From the NCBI GenBank assembly GCA_038087875.1, contig CM076000.1:744001-808000 (forward strand): 64,000 bases of DNA. Direction: 5' to 3'. How positions within the stretch are numbered: position 1 is the stretch's first letter; the number at the start of each line of letters is the position of its first letter. The DNA is from Malacoraja senta (Eukaryota). Below are positions 12,021 to 25,254 of this stretch, piece after piece. The position numbers and the translations under genes are program-made. The notes under the pieces are model-generated. The model saw only the letters and a list, made by a program, of their open reading frames with translations, was not told the origin of the DNA and did no database searches.

Positions 12021-13351
12021 TTCAGTTTGACTTGAGGTACAAATTCAACATTCAAATTTAATTCCTTCTGAATTATTTTCCAAGTTGTATTTTTAAATTA
12101 ATTTTGACAAATGTATTTATTAATCCAACTTACATTGCACATTGAACGTAGCCAACGACGTTATGGGGGATATTTCATGAGACTCCTTGTTGTCCCATAA
12201 ACCCCAACTCTGAATTTCCCTTTTCTCTTCCAGAGGAATAAATAGTCTTGAGGCAGCGGTTATGGGGAGAAGGCAGGAGAATGGGGTAAGGAGGGAGAGA
12301 TAGATCAGCCATGATTAAATGGCGGAGTAGACTTGATGGGCCAAATGGCCTAATTCTACTTCTATTCCATATGACCATAAATCCTGACTCACTATGCATC
12401 CATCTGTTTGACATAAGCTGACATTTAAATTCAGTAAGTTGTCTAATCTCTAGTCTGAATCACGTACTCAACATGATGCAGTTACGTCACTCCAGGTATT
12501 CTAATAATCGTGATTTAAAAAAAAAACATTGTTACACTAATACGATCAGCATCTCACACTGCTTCAATTTTCATTCAGAGCTTTCTGAAATACTAAAACA
12601 TTCATTACCCTCAAGTATTGAGCGGTTTGCAATTTGAGCTGTGCCTACATTTCAAAACCACTAAATTTGTTGTACGGCAATTTTTGTAGCATCTATGTAT
12701 CAAAGGATATTTTGGTTTTGTTTTCTTCCTCTCTAAAGTCCTTGTTGCTCAAAGATTTAGGATTTTTGTTTGTTCCGAGGTCATGAAGAGTACTCAGCAA
12801 ATTCAAATTCAATCTACGACCTTCCATGCAAACACTGGATTGCTACAATTTCAACAAGTGGTCTCTTCTATTCTATTTGCTGAAATATAAATCACTAAAT
12901 TCTCAAATTCCCTCCACAAATCTCTGACTCTCTAGCTCTCCCATGACCCTTGATCAAGTTTTCAGCCAATTGCCCTAAAAATGATACAATGTGGTTTGGT
13001 ATCAAATTTTGATGATAATTTTCTCGCAAAGTTTGCTAAAACATTTTAGTACATTAACAGTGGTTTGCAAACTCCTATTTCATTCTGCCAGGAAGTGCCT
13101 TTCCCTTTCTCCAGCCAGCCTCTTGTGTCACCCTCCTAGGATTGAGTCTCTTATGGATGAACTATAGCCTTCCTCAATTCAAATGATTTTCAAAAGCTAT
13201 TACTTTTCACCAAACTTAACATCTATCTTTACAATAAATTTCATTTTCCAATCCATTTCATTGTCAGCTCAAGATGCTTTTTCTGTCCTCAGATTCCAGC
13301 AACAATACATCACAGATTCTGCTTAACCATTATCCTTTCTTGATGATCTTA

Positions 13352-13735
13352 ACATATGAGGAGCGCTTGAAGGCTCTGAGCTGGAGTTTAAAAGGATGAG
13401 GGGGAGATCTCCGAGAAACCTACCAAATAATGAAAGGCCTAGATAGAGTGGATGTGAAGAGGATGGTTCCAGTATGGGAGTCCTGGACTAGAGGGAACAG
13501 CCTCAGAATAAAAGGATGCACCTGCAGAATAGTGATGAGGAGGAATTTCTTTAGTCAGAGGATAGTGATTCTGTAGAATTTATTGTCACAGACGGAGGTG
13601 CTAGCTAAGTCATTGAGTATTTTTAAAGTGGAGATTGATAGGTTCTTGATTAGTAAGGGCGTCAAAGGTTACAGGAGAATGGTGCTGGGAGGGAAAATAG
13701 ATCAGCCATGATTGAATGGCAGAGCAGACTCAATG
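13352..13735 (+). mobile_element. CR1/HER1 LINE 3' fragment
   Basis: Typical CR1 ORF2 C-terminal and 3' UTR DNA (ctggagtttaaaaggatgaggggagatct...gatcagccatgattgaatggc). Confidence 0.8.
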
Positions 13736-13737
13736 TA

Positions 13738-14030
13738 GGGGTGGCACGGTGGTGCAGCAGTAGAATTGCTTGCAGCGCTAGAGACCAGGGTTCGATCCTG
13801 ACTACGGGTTCTATCTGTACGGAGTTTGTACGTTCCCCCCGTGACCATGTTGTTTTTCCCCGGGGTGCTCCGGATTCCTCCCACACTCCAAAGACGTTTG
13901 TAGGTTAATTGGCTTTGGTAAAGATTGTAAATTGTCCCTAGCATGTAGGGTAGTGCTAGTGTACGGGTTGATCGCTAGTCGGCGTGGACTCAGTGGGAAG
14001 AAAGGCCTGTTTCCGTGCTGTATCTCTAAA
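13738..14030 (+). mobile_element. HE1/V-SINE
   Basis: ggtggcacggtggtgcag...ggttcgatcc (B box)...gcctgtttccgtgctgtatctctaaa. Confidence 0.85.
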
Positions 14031-14419
14031 CCTCTATCTCTATTGTTTTGAATTTCATCCTCACACTCCACAGCTTCCTCATAATTCACCTTCAAAACCT
14101 CCCAAGACATTTATTCATTTTTTTCAAATATTTGATTTGATCATTCAGTTTCTCAACTTTTATCCATTTGAGGGTGACTCCTGGTCCCATTGAACATTAC
14201 AAATGGAATTTCACCTTTGCTGAAACTCACAACTTGACTCTTAACTTTCAGCCCAATCATTCAAACAATTATTTTGTTCAGCCCATTTATGTGTTCTTGA
14301 AATTCCTATACGACGCTGTAATCAGTTTGCATCCTCATGCTTAAGTTTAAAGTCACAACTTTAAACTTGTATCTTGTTGGTTGAAGAATTGATAAAAATA
14401 GAATTTAACATTTACAAAC

Positions 14420-14518
14420 CCTTCAGTTCTGGGTGATCACGAATGCCCACTGATACAAAGAAACAGTCCATGTCGATGTGCATTATGCAGCTCTTATGTC
14501 TGGGCAAATCCGCAGTGC
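14420..14518 (-). CDS. REV1: REV1 exon 7 (catalytic motif I)
   Basis: PRHKSCIMHIDMDCFFVSVGIRDHPELK; 99 nt, cag/GT, phase 1 to 1. Confidence 0.97.
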
Positions 14519-14593
14519 CTGTGGAGAAAAACAGTAAATAGCAAGAGCTCAGGTACTAAATGACTACCTAAGCATTTAACATAAAAACAAGAA

Positions 14594-15135
14594 TTATTAT
14601 CTGAATGGTGTTAGATTAGGAATAGGGGAGGTGCAACAAGACTTGGGTGCCCTTGCACATCAGTCACTGAAAGTAAGCATGCAGGTACAGTAGGCAGCGA
14701 AGAAAGCTAATGGCATGTTGATCTTCATTACGAGAGGATTTGCATATAGGAGCAAGGAGGTCCTATTGCAGTTGTACAGGGCCCTGGGTGAGACCACACC
14801 TGGAGTATTGTGTGCAGTTTTGGTCTCCTAATTTGAGGAAGGACATTCTTGTTATTGAGGGAGTGGAGCGTAGGTTCACCAGGTTAATTTCCGGGACGGT
14901 GGAACCAACATATGATGAAAGAATGGATCAACTGGGCTTATATTCACTGGAATTTAGAAGGATGAGAAGGGATCTTATGGAAGCATATAAAATTCTTATG
15001 GGATTGGACAGGCTAGCTGCAGGAAAAATGTTCCCGATGTTGCGGGAGTCCAGAACCAGGGGTCACAGTGTATGAATAAGGGGTAGGCCATTTAGGACTG
15101 AGATGAGGAAAAACCTTTTCACCCAGAGAGTTGTG
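14594..15135 (+). mobile_element. CR1/HER1 LINE fragment
   Basis: VRPHLEYCVQFWSP...LYSLEFRRMR...SRTRGHS. Confidence 0.9.
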
Positions 15136-15849
15136 AAAAAGGTCTTGTGGACAGATGAGACGAAGATTAACTTATATCAGGGTGATGGCAAGAGCTAAGT
15201 ACGGAGGAGAGAAGGAACTGCCCAAGATTCAAAGCAAACCACCTCATCTCAAAATCATTGGCCGGCGGTTCATTCTACAGCAAGACAACAATCTCAAACA
15301 TACTGCTAAATTAACAAAGGAGTTTTTCAAAGCTAAAAAATGGTCAATTCTTGAGTGGCTAAGTCAATCACCCGATCTGAACCCAATTGAGCATGCCTTT
15401 TATATGCTGTAGAGAAAACTGAAGGGGACTAGCCCCCAAAACAAACATAGGCCCCCAAAACAAACATAGGCTAAAGATGGCTGCAATACAGGCCAGGTAG
15501 AGCATCACCAGAGAAGACACCCAGCAACTGGTGATGTCCATGAATCGCAGACTTCAAGCAGTTATTGCATGCAAAGGATATGCAACAAAATATTAAACAT
15601 GACTACTTTCATTTACATTAAATCGCTGTGTCCCAAACATTATGGTGCCCTGAAATGGGTGGACTATGTATAAACACTGCTGTAATTTCTACATGGTGAA
15701 ACGAAAATGTATAAAAATGGCCTTTATTAAAATCTGACAATCTGCACTTTAACCACATGTGATTTTTTTCTATTACAAATCTCAAATTGTGGAGTACAGA
15801 GGCAAATAAATAAATGATGGGTCTGTCCCAAACATTATGGAGGGCACTG
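15136..15849 (+). mobile_element. 3' half of a second copy of the same Tc1 family
   Basis: LQQDNNLKHTAK..EFFKAKKWSILEWLSQSPDLNPIEHAF plus complete right TIR ending agggcactg-TA. Confidence 0.92.
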
Positions 15850-16105
15850 TAGTTAAGCACTGCTCTCTGGTTGTGGTAGGATGATTCAATTGCCTGATAA
15901 CAGCGGAAAAGAAGCTGTCCCTAAATCGGGAGGTGTGCATTTTCACACCTATACCGGTTGCCTTAATATGCAAATAATGCAAATTAATGCAAATAAGGGG
16001 TCTAACATCAGAGGCCCACAACAGAAAATTGTTTTGCTCGGAGACAGCTGGTACAGTGTAAATCAGAACTCAGGAAAAACAAGCCTACATATGTTTGGTT
16101 TAGTT

Positions 16106-16636
16106 CTGGGGTCTCCAAACTATGGCCTGCGGGCCACATCCGGCCCGCCACCAGATTTTATCCGGCCCGCAGCAAGCTCTTAACACGTTCCGTACAGCAG
16201 GCTATTTAGCGGGTTTTGTGGTAGCCGATTCTGTGCTAGCGAGATAAAACAGCGCCCCCCACTTGCCCCGCCCCTCCAATCTTTACTTGATTGGCGTCAA
16301 AATCTTTTTTTCCCCATCAGGGACCCGACAGCTCCATGGGTAAGTTTCCTTTTCTGCCCCTCCGGGCCAGGCCATCGCCGCCCTGCGTCGGGGGGGTGGG
16401 CAAGCGTCCTGGAGCTGGGGGAGGGAGAGGCTGAGGGTACCCGGCGCGGCGTCTCCGTGGTTCCCGGACCTACCCGGCGCGGCCCTTCCCCGCATGGTCT
16501 ACAACCCGGGGGCGGGGAGACACCGTACCGGGTACCCTCGGCCTCTCCCTCCCGCTCCCTCAGCTTCAGGGGCGTTCGCCCCCACCCGACATCATCGCCA
16601 CCCTGCAGGAGAAGACGGGGCCCGCGATAGTTTACA
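16106..16636. mobile_element. Composite DNA-transposon remnant (hAT/Charlie-like end followed by a TTAA-CACGTT piggyBac-like end)
   Basis: ctggggtctccaaactatggcctgcgggccacatccggcccgc resembles hAT-Charlie termini; ttaacacgttc at about 16180. Partner ends not found. Confidence 0.4.
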
Positions 16637-16843
16637 TCGAGAGAGATAGAGAGAGAGAGAGATAGACAGACAGGGAGAGAGAGACAGACAGAGAGAGAGA
16701 AACAGACAGAGTGAGACACACAGAGAGAGAGAGACAGAGAGAGAGGGAGAGAGACAGACAGATAGACAGAAACAGAGAGAGGCAGAGAGAGACAGAGTGA
16801 CAGAGAGACAGAGAGAGACAGAGACAGAGAGAGGCAGAGAGAC

Positions 16844-16888
<45 letters not shown>

Positions 16889-16988
16889 GAGAGTGAGAGA
16901 CAGACAGAGAGAGAGAGAAACAGACAGAGAGGGAGAGTCAGACAGAGAGACTGAGAGTGAGCGACAGAGAGAGAGACAGAGAGACAGC
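16637..16988. repeat. Compound (GA)n/(GACA)n microsatellite
   Basis: About 350 bp of purine-rich repeats. Confidence 0.97.
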
Positions 16989-17373
16989 ATATCTAGACCC
17001 ACTATCAGCATATCTAGAGCCCCACCAACCCGGTGGAAAGATCAGGTGGCACAGATGCTGCTCAGTCCGCCGAATTCCTACACAGGTTGTTGGTGGATAA
17101 ATTGTACTCCGCACCTGTCGTAAGTACAAACATTTCTAGGCCTAATATTGTGTCAAATTTCCCGGTAAGAGAGTAGGCATGTATCTTAAACTTTTCTAAC
17201 TAGGTGCACAGTTATAGCCTATATAGTTTAATGGGGACAACTAAATGGTCCCCATTTACAGGGAGCTCACTTTTGAAATAAAAATCTCTCAGAAAGGGAA
17301 ATTCAAGCAAATGAAGAACAAGGTGCAAATCCCCCAAATATAAAACATATGTAACCAGTAAGCAGAATCTTAC

Positions 17374-18077
17374 CCAAATGGTTGGAGCCACTAGGATTTC
17401 TCAGAATCTTTTCCATATTAATTCTCTTTAGTTTCTCTCTGCCAGGGTGAACACCATTATTTTGTTTTTGAAGTCTGTTCACATATTCTGTAAACTCACA
17501 CTTCCACATTGCTATGTGATGCAGTCTTGAATGGGCATAAAACTCAGATATAAAACTTGGGTCCGCAGGTTTAGATGACCCATGGGAAGATCCTTTAGTA
17601 GGCGAAGGCTCTGCATTGCTTTTCATTCTTGAAATCTCCCGAATTGCAGATTGCCTAATCCCATTTATTTTGAAGCATTCATTTAAAGAAGAACTGGAAG
17701 GAGTCCTTGTGCAGTCAGTCAGAAAGGTATTGCCTTCTGCCAACTGCTCTTCACAGTTTTTGAAATCTGTTTCACAGTCATCATTAGCTTCTGCCAATAC
17801 TTCAAGGGTTCCAGGTTCCTTTCCCCACAAAGTTTCACTGAAAAGTTTTAAATAATCTTGTGTTTTTAAGGCACTATTAGAATTGGGCTCGTTGGTGTAA
17901 TTAACAGCGATATGGTCTCTACAACTATGAACTCCATTGTGATTTAGGTGAGGAAAAGCAGGCTCCAATTCCATTAGTTCGAAATCATCATTATTTTTGT
18001 CCCATCCATTCATTCCACTGTTGGTCTGGTTTCCTTTTCCCTTTTGTTTCACGTTCTCATGGTTGTTTATACTTTTT
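17374..18077 (-). CDS. REV1: REV1 exon 6 (large linker exon with N-digit)
   Basis: 704 nt open frame containing FISEFYAHSRLHHIAMWKCEFTEYVN...PGREKLK; tag/GTAAGA, phase 2 to 1. Confidence 0.96.
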
Positions 18078-18701
18078 CTAAAAAAAACACAAGAAATTGT
18101 TTTTTTCTTAATTTAGCAAAAAAAAAGCATAAATGTGATAGTCACTGTTCCTAGATTCTCTTTCTGCAACTGGACAGGTTGAGCATGGACCAGGTGAGTG
18201 CAATATCACCCAGTTGGACGACAGTGGAGAGGTTGTTGGGAGGAAGATGGTGTAGTCAACAGTTGCAGAACATTGAGAGGATGAAGGCTAATTACAAACA
18301 CATAGAAGATTATTAGTAACTCATAAAATAAATTAGAACTACTCTTGTTCCATACTTATGTTACCAGCCAATTAAATTTGCAGATCACATACTTTTTATA
18401 TAACGGATCCAGTTATTTCAATGAAACCAGTAGTTTAGATTGAGGACTGGATGAATTAACTCATTAAGCGCAGGAAATTGCAATCTAGGTTTTTCCTCTA
18501 TTAACGTGGTATTGCAACTGGAATTCCAACCTAGATGCAGCACAGATCTATTTGATAAACCATTAATCAACATTATCAATTTTCTGCTTGTTTTTAACTC
18601 AACCAAAACAACTTCAGCTTTCATGTCAGTCTAGACCCAAAAAATTACAGGTTAAGGAGTGATATGTTACATCAAGATTCTAATATGGTGAAATTACTCA
18701 C

Positions 18702-18848
18702 ACATTTCTATGAAGTTTGTAAATATTGCTCGGGCCTGGGGTAGGTTCTTCAGGTTTGTTCACAGTGAAGTTTAATCCTTTTTGGACACTTGACTGCTTG
18801 GTATACAATTGATAAGGAATGTAAGAAAGGAGGCACCCAGCTTTTATA
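18702..18848 (-). CDS. REV1: REV1 exon 5
   Basis: SIKAGCLLSYIPYQLYTKQSSVQKGLNF...PGPSNI; 147 nt, cag/GTGAGT, phase 2 to 2. Confidence 0.95.
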
Positions 18849-20847
18849 CTGCAAAGGAAAACACAAAAAAAATTTTTTTTTAATTAGCATGTAATTCTTA
18901 GAAGCCCAGTAACATTGATACACCTCATTAATATGTGTTCTTGTGCTGGTGTTAAAATGTTATGTAGATATATCAAGAGCTCTCAAAAAGGAGTATTATC
19001 AAAACTTGATTAAGGCAAATACAAGAAAAATATCAAAAGAAATAATCATTTTCATAGTCAAAAATTGATTTTATTACTATGAACCTTGAAATCTTTGCAA
19101 ATAGTTCAAAACAACATTAAAAGAGCAGGTAACAATTTTACATCTGCAGAATATATAGTTGATAAATACGTTACACAAATATGAAATGGGGAGAATCCTA
19201 GAGTTTTAACGAATAGACAATAGACAATAGGTGCAGGAGTAGGCCATTTGGCCCTTCGAGCCAGCACCGCCATTCAATGTGATCATGGCTGATCATCCCC
19301 AATCAGTACCCTGTTCCTGCCTTTTCCCCATATAATGAAGTTTCTGATGGATTTAAGTTCATTTTGAATTCTGTGACATCAATGGTTGATACAGAAAATA
19401 CAAATGTGATAGAAAATATCTTTAGAATCAGGAATTCAAATATGTCATTGAGACTGCTTAGAGGAACAAAGCTGGAGAATATCATCCCAGATTTTAATCT
19501 TATGAATAAATCAGTATCAAAAGAAAATTTAAAAGCGAGATCGTATATTATGCATATTCTTGTATATTTCTAAACAGACATAGTATATAAGTGGTGATCA
19601 AGATGCAAATTCCAGTCATTGTACTGGCACGATGCAAGATTATGATCTTGATTTTTATAGTAGTTTTTTCACATTTACTTGCAACTCTAATGTTATCAAG
19701 TTTCTTTTTCCACCAATCATTGAAGATTATTGTTGGGGCGCCTGAAATGATTAACTCATTTTCTTCTTGGGAAGATCCTCAGGATTGAGGATGACTTGCT
19801 TCCACTCCATTGTTTGAGTGCTGAGGTTGTTAATGAGGCCAATGGGAGAACCACAGATACTTCCACAGATGGGACAGGCAGTGGCTGCATTGGTGATTGG
19901 GAGGACAGTGCGTAATGTGGTGCGTTCCTATCATTGGACTTCCACGTTTGATAACACAGGGTTTTTCTCTGCTCTCAATGCATGCATTTGAGGTTTTCAA
20001 TGTCTTTTGAAAGCTCTTTGACTACTTGGAGCAGTCATGGGCCAGAGGTTTTTAGGAGTTAGCATGGATGTTACATTTCTTCTTAGTTTGCTGTCTGCCT
20101 GGTAATCTATTCCCACAACAGAGCTCAAAATAGAGCGCCTGTTTTGGGAGTATGGTGTCAGACATGCAAATGATGTGGTGTTATAGCCAATTTAGAACAA
20201 CTAAGGTCCCAATGTTGCGGATGTGGCCTGAAAGAGAATGCGGCCATTGTTTTATTTATCCTTGAGTGGATTAAGGACATTTTGGGGAGACAGGAATAGA
20301 AGAAATCAAAATCCCAAGGCAAAGGAAAAGGCACCTGTTTTTTTTATATGATATTCTTTAAAATTGCTTTTAATTTTGTGTGTTTCTAGGTCTTTGTTAA
20401 CTATTATAAAATGTTTAAATAATTTTTGATTTCTGAATGTCTTACAGTCCTGCCAAGGCCCTGTCACTGGATTCCAGGATGTAGAGAGCTAATTAGATTG
20501 GCCCTCTGTCTCTCGACAAGGATTAAGCACAGGTTTGAGGTACTGTGGTGGTGAAAAAACAGGCCAGAAAAAACATGGGGTAACGAAGTTACAGCGTTTA
20601 CCTAAAAAATGCAAAGATCATTTTCAAATCTCACCATGGCAAGTTACAAACTAAGCTGTATAAATCTGATGGCCAGTGGACTCACAATGAAAAAGAAATT
20701 GAGGATGAAAACTAATTCTCAACACAAGGATGCATTCTCAGTCCCCGACTATACTCTCTATATACGGATGACTGTGCGGCCAAGTATGCAAATTACATCA
20801 ATGATAAATGCAAAAACCTTAATATATATGGTTCATTAAAAAGCAAA

Positions 20848-23030
20848 TCACATATTGATTAACAGAACTTGTTGTGAGAACTGCGGGCTAATTAGGGACA
20901 GCCAGAATGGCCTTGTATGGTTGTGTCTTACTACTTGATTGAGTTTTCTGAGGTGATGAATGAGATTGAAGGTAGGGGAGTGGATGTTGTATAAGTAAAC
21001 CCTTTCAAAGGGGGGGTGCGAGGGGATGATGTTTGTTGCTGCCGATTTTCCACAATAACCGAGAGTGAGGGGGTAAATATTAATGTTTAACCAAAAGCTG
21101 GTGGGAAGAAATATGATGGGGGAGGGGAACCAGTGGGAATTCACAGGCCAGGGTGCCGCAGTACCCCGTGCCCCAAACGTGGTGCGCCAGGGACAGGCTC
21201 GGCTCCCACAACCGCATGCCAAGTGATGCTAGCTCATTGCGTAACTTGGCGGAAGTGGGAGGTGGTGCAACGGGAGTCTCGCGGCGTTATCAGAACACCG
21301 AGGCATGCAGTGGCATGCGCAAGCGTCTGCATCCAACACCCCGAGACCATGCTTTATGGCAGCTGCTGCAATCCCATGCCTAATGATATTGTCAAGCTGG
21401 AAGGGCTGCTGAAAAGATTTACGAGGATGTTGCCAGGATTCGAGGTCCTGAACTATAGAGAGAGGTTAAGCAGGTTAGCATTCTATTCCTTGGAGCGCAA
21501 GGAGTGATCTTATAGATCAAAATCACGAGAGGAATAGTTTGGGTAAGCGCACAGAGTAGGGGAATAGAATAGATTCAATAGAAATCTGATGGGTAACTTT
21601 TTCACGTAAAGGGTGCTCAGTTTATGGAACGAGCTGCCAGAGGAGGCAGTTGAGGCAGGTACTATCGCAAAGTTTAAGAATAATTTAGATAGGTACATGG
21701 ATAGGACAGGTTTAGACGGATATGGGCCAAATGCAGGTAGGTGGGACTAGTAAAGATGGGACATGTTAGCCGGTGTGGGCAAGTTGGGCCGGAGACTCTA
21801 TGACAATGCAACGTTCAACGACAATGCTGTTTTACTGCTTGCTCTCTCCCCGCCACTGCCTTTCCGCTGTGCTGCACGCCAACCACCAACTGCCACCACG
21901 AACGGATGCCTCAATCCGCTATGACCAAAATCCGTTACATAGAGGTCCTTAATTGCGAGGGTTTACTGTAAATGGATTTTTGAATGGCTTTTGATTAGGA
22001 CCCTCATGGTTGGTTGATTCCAGAAGATTAAAATGTATGGGATTCACAATGACTTGGTTGTATGGATTCAGAACTGGCATTCATAGAAGACAGAGGGTTA
22101 GGGTGGAAGGTAGGTATTTTGGCTGCAGCTCTGTGACCAGTGGAGTTCCACGGGGGTCTGTGCTGGGACCTCTGCAGTATATATAAATAAATGACTTAGA
22201 CGTAAATGGGTTGGTGAGTAATTTTGCTGACGTTACTAAAAGTGGAGGAATTGTAGACAGTGAAGTATGGTGTCAGAAGCTACGGCGAAATATAGATCAC
22301 CTGCAGAAATGGGAAGAAAAATAGCAAATGGAGTTTAACGTGAGCAAGTGTAAGGTGTTGCACTTTGGGAGGATGAATGTAAGGGGATAATGAAAAAATC
22401 CTTAACAGCACTGTTGTGCAGAGAGATCTTGAAGTCCAAGTTCATAGCTCATTGAACGTGGCAGCACAAGTGCATAGAGTGGTAAAGGTGGTGAATGATA
22501 TGCTTGCCTGCATTGCTAGGGGTATTGAATATAATAGTTAGGAAGTCAGAATGCAGCACTATAGGACTGTGGTTAGGCCACATTTGGAGTCTTGCGTGCA
22601 GTTCTGTCGCCCCATTATCGGAAAGATGTGAAGGCTTTGGAGAGGGTGCAGAGGTTTACTAGGTTTAGCTGGATTAGAGGATTTCAGCTACAGGGAGAGA
22701 TTGGACTGGGATTATTTTTTCTGGGACAGAGTTTCAAGGGAGACTTGATAGAAGTATATAACATTATGAGAGAGGGAAATAGATAGGGTAGACAGTCAGA
22801 ACCTTTTTCCCCAGGGTGGAAATGACCAACACTAGAGGGCATAGTTATAAGGTGAGAGGGGAAACGTTTAATGGAGATATGTGGGACAAGTTTTCTTTTG
22901 CATTGAGTAGCAGGGGCCTGGAACGCTTGCCAGGGATGGTGGTGGAGGCAGATACAATAGTGGCATTTAAGAGGCTTTTAGATTGAAACATGGAACTGCT
23001 GGAAATTGAGGGATATGGATCATGTATAGG
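20848..23030 (+). mobile_element. CR1 LINE RT region interrupted by a Tigger-like element that itself contains a CR1 3' fragment
   Basis: CR1 RT DNA gtggatgttgta|...|aatggatttt resumes after 21970. Insert ends agtaaaccct (20994) and agggtttactg-TA (21968). Inner CR1 fragment about 21380-21803. Confidence 0.75.
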
Positions 23031-23721
23031 AACCAACACTGGGTACTATTCTTCCTACTGCACTAGAATGTTAACTAATATATTCACTCCAACAACATCA
23101 AAACTAGAGCAACTGTTCTGAGATTGCACTGATGTCTAAAAGTCTTGAAATGTGCTTAAACTATATTGCATCAAATACAATTTCAATTAAACTAACAATT
23201 ACGTATAAACAAAAATAAGGTGGTTTCTCATTCAGAGAAATGTAAATTTAATTAGATTGCTGCCACAAATTGTTGTTGCATTTTCATAAGAATATGCAAA
23301 ATACCACAATGCAATTTGGGAGCTGTTCCACTAAGATATAAATTTCACCTAATAATCTTCCCATAAATTCCAGCGCACACAGATAACACAAATTAAGGAC
23401 AAGGCCCAGCATAAGTAAATACATAGCAACAATAATAACTAATTTGTAATACTAATAAAATACTAAAATTTGGAAATAGATTTGACCACAGGTTTAGAAT
23501 TACATGCTTTTGTTACAAATGTTGCATCAAATCTTACCCTTTCATTTTAATCAATTCCATTAACCAGTTGGGAGCTTTCATATACTTAAGATTGAGGTTA
23601 TATTGCAGCCAATTCATAAACAGCATCATGAAAAGACTCATAAACATTCGGTGTTTAGTGCATTCAATGCTATTTTCCTCTCTCCCAACATAGTAATAAT
23701 AACTATTGTACTTTTACTGAC

Positions 23722-23890
23722 CTGTCTGTGATCCAATTAGGCCGAACAACTTTTTCATCCTTCAGTTCTTTTATTTTTGCATTTGGCAGGTTGGTTGCAA
23801 TAATGTGTGTAGTTTTAGACCTTGAGTAGTACACGTGATACTGGCCCCCATGCAGCATCATAAGCCTTCGAAGCTCATCAGCTGTTGGTT
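23722..23890 (-). CDS. REV1: REV1 exon 4 (BRCT core)
   Basis: EPTADELRRLMMLHGGQYHVYYSRSKTTHIIATNLPNAKIKELKDEKVVRPNWITD; 169 nt, AG/GT, phase 1 to 2. Confidence 0.97.
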
Positions 23891-24150
23891 CTAAAGCAGA
23901 ACATTTCATTTAAAGATGGAGAAAAAAAACAGGGCCTAGACAGTATTCTGTATCTCGGCATCCATAGAATATCTAATAATGTAATTTCTTCTCCTAAGTT
24001 TTGACAAATATTTAGTTAAATTGCATTAAAACTAATTTTACCTAAAAATACCAATTCACTCTCAACCCAGCGGACATAACATATGTTTGCGTTGGTTCCA
24101 GTTTTCTGAAAGATAACAATGGCTCCAGACTAATTTTTAAACACACATAC

Positions 24151-24283
24151 CTGTGTAACCATTGACATAAATTGTAACACCTTTGAAAATGCAAGATGTT
24201 GTCCCTTCATTTTCTTGTTGAAGTGAAGAATCTGATTTGAACTGCCTTTCCAGTTTGTCGATCTTTGCTGCCATGTAACCACC
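24151..24283 (-). CDS. REV1: REV1 exon 3 (start of BRCT domain)
   Basis: GGYMAAKIDKLERQFKSD...IFKGVTIYVNGYT; 133 nt, AG/GT flanks, phase 0 to 1. Confidence 0.96.
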
Positions 24284-24399
24284 CTAGGAGAAATTCAAGA
24301 GATTTTGTGAAACTTCAGTTGCACTGATTTATCCGGACACAATACTTAGTTGTGAATTAAAAACAAAATATTTAATCTTGCATCGTCCTGAGAGTCCTT

Positions 24400-24680
24400 T
24401 TAGTTTTGATATATAGCGCGAAAACAGGCCCTTTGGCCCACTGACCAGCAATCACCCCGTACACTAGCACTACCCTACACACTAGGGGCAATTTACAATT
24501 TTTACCAAAGCTAATAAACTTACAAACTGGTACGTCTTTGGAATGTTAGTGGAAACACCGGAGCAACCGGAGAAAACCCACGCCGTCACGAGGAAAACGT
24601 ACTAATTCCATAGAGACTGCACCTGTAGTCAGGATCAAACCCGGGTCTGTGATGCTGTAAGGCCGCATTTCTGCCGCCCA
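24400..24680 (-). mobile_element. HE1/V-SINE
   Basis: Reverse match to HE1 copies. Confidence 0.8.
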
Positions 24681-24776
24681 TTCCTTCATTCTCCTATTTC
24701 TGCTAAATTTCTATTGGTTATTTGTAAAACTGCTTAATACTAAATTTATACATATATTTTGGTGATATAATACTTC

Positions 24777-24912
24777 CAAAGGCATGCGGGTTTGTAGGTT
24801 AATTGGCCTCTGTAAATTGTCCCTAGTGTGCAGGATAAAACTAGTGTATGAGTTGGTTGGTGCGGACCCGGTGGGCCGATGGGCCTGATTCCACACTGTA
24901 TGACTAATCTAA
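24777..24912 (+). mobile_element. HE1/V-SINE 3' half
   Basis: ccaaagg...gtaggttaattggc...gggcctgattccacactgtatgactaatctaa. Confidence 0.75.
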
Positions 24913-25254
24913 TACTTCCACACTTTGCTTAGTTTTCTGCTCGCATAATATTAGAAAGTCTTGACCCTTGTTGAAATTTATTGCAAAAACAGAGGACGAA
25001 ATAAAAGTGCAGTTTAAAGTCAATTATCACCCGAGGTGAAAGAAAAATCAATGCAAAGGAACCAAACTAATTCCAGATTAATTGCTGTGTGTAAACAGGA
25101 GGAGGAGCTGATATCCATGCAGAGCAAAACCTTCTCTGGTGAATTATTAAATCCCAAATGTTATGTGTTTCTTCAGTATGTTCACTTATTTTGACACAAA
25201 GGCCATTTTGCGCATTGGAGTTATGCAGGTATAAACTCCATCTCCCCACTCATT

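Noticed and set aside
13738..13810. tRNA gene (A/B boxes), here and at the other HE1 heads
   Set aside because: These are tRNA-derived SINE heads that continue into V-domain and LINE-like tails; no cloverleaf.
16592..17123. SL-rich and ER-rich ORFs
   Set aside because: Translations of the (GA)n microsatellite.
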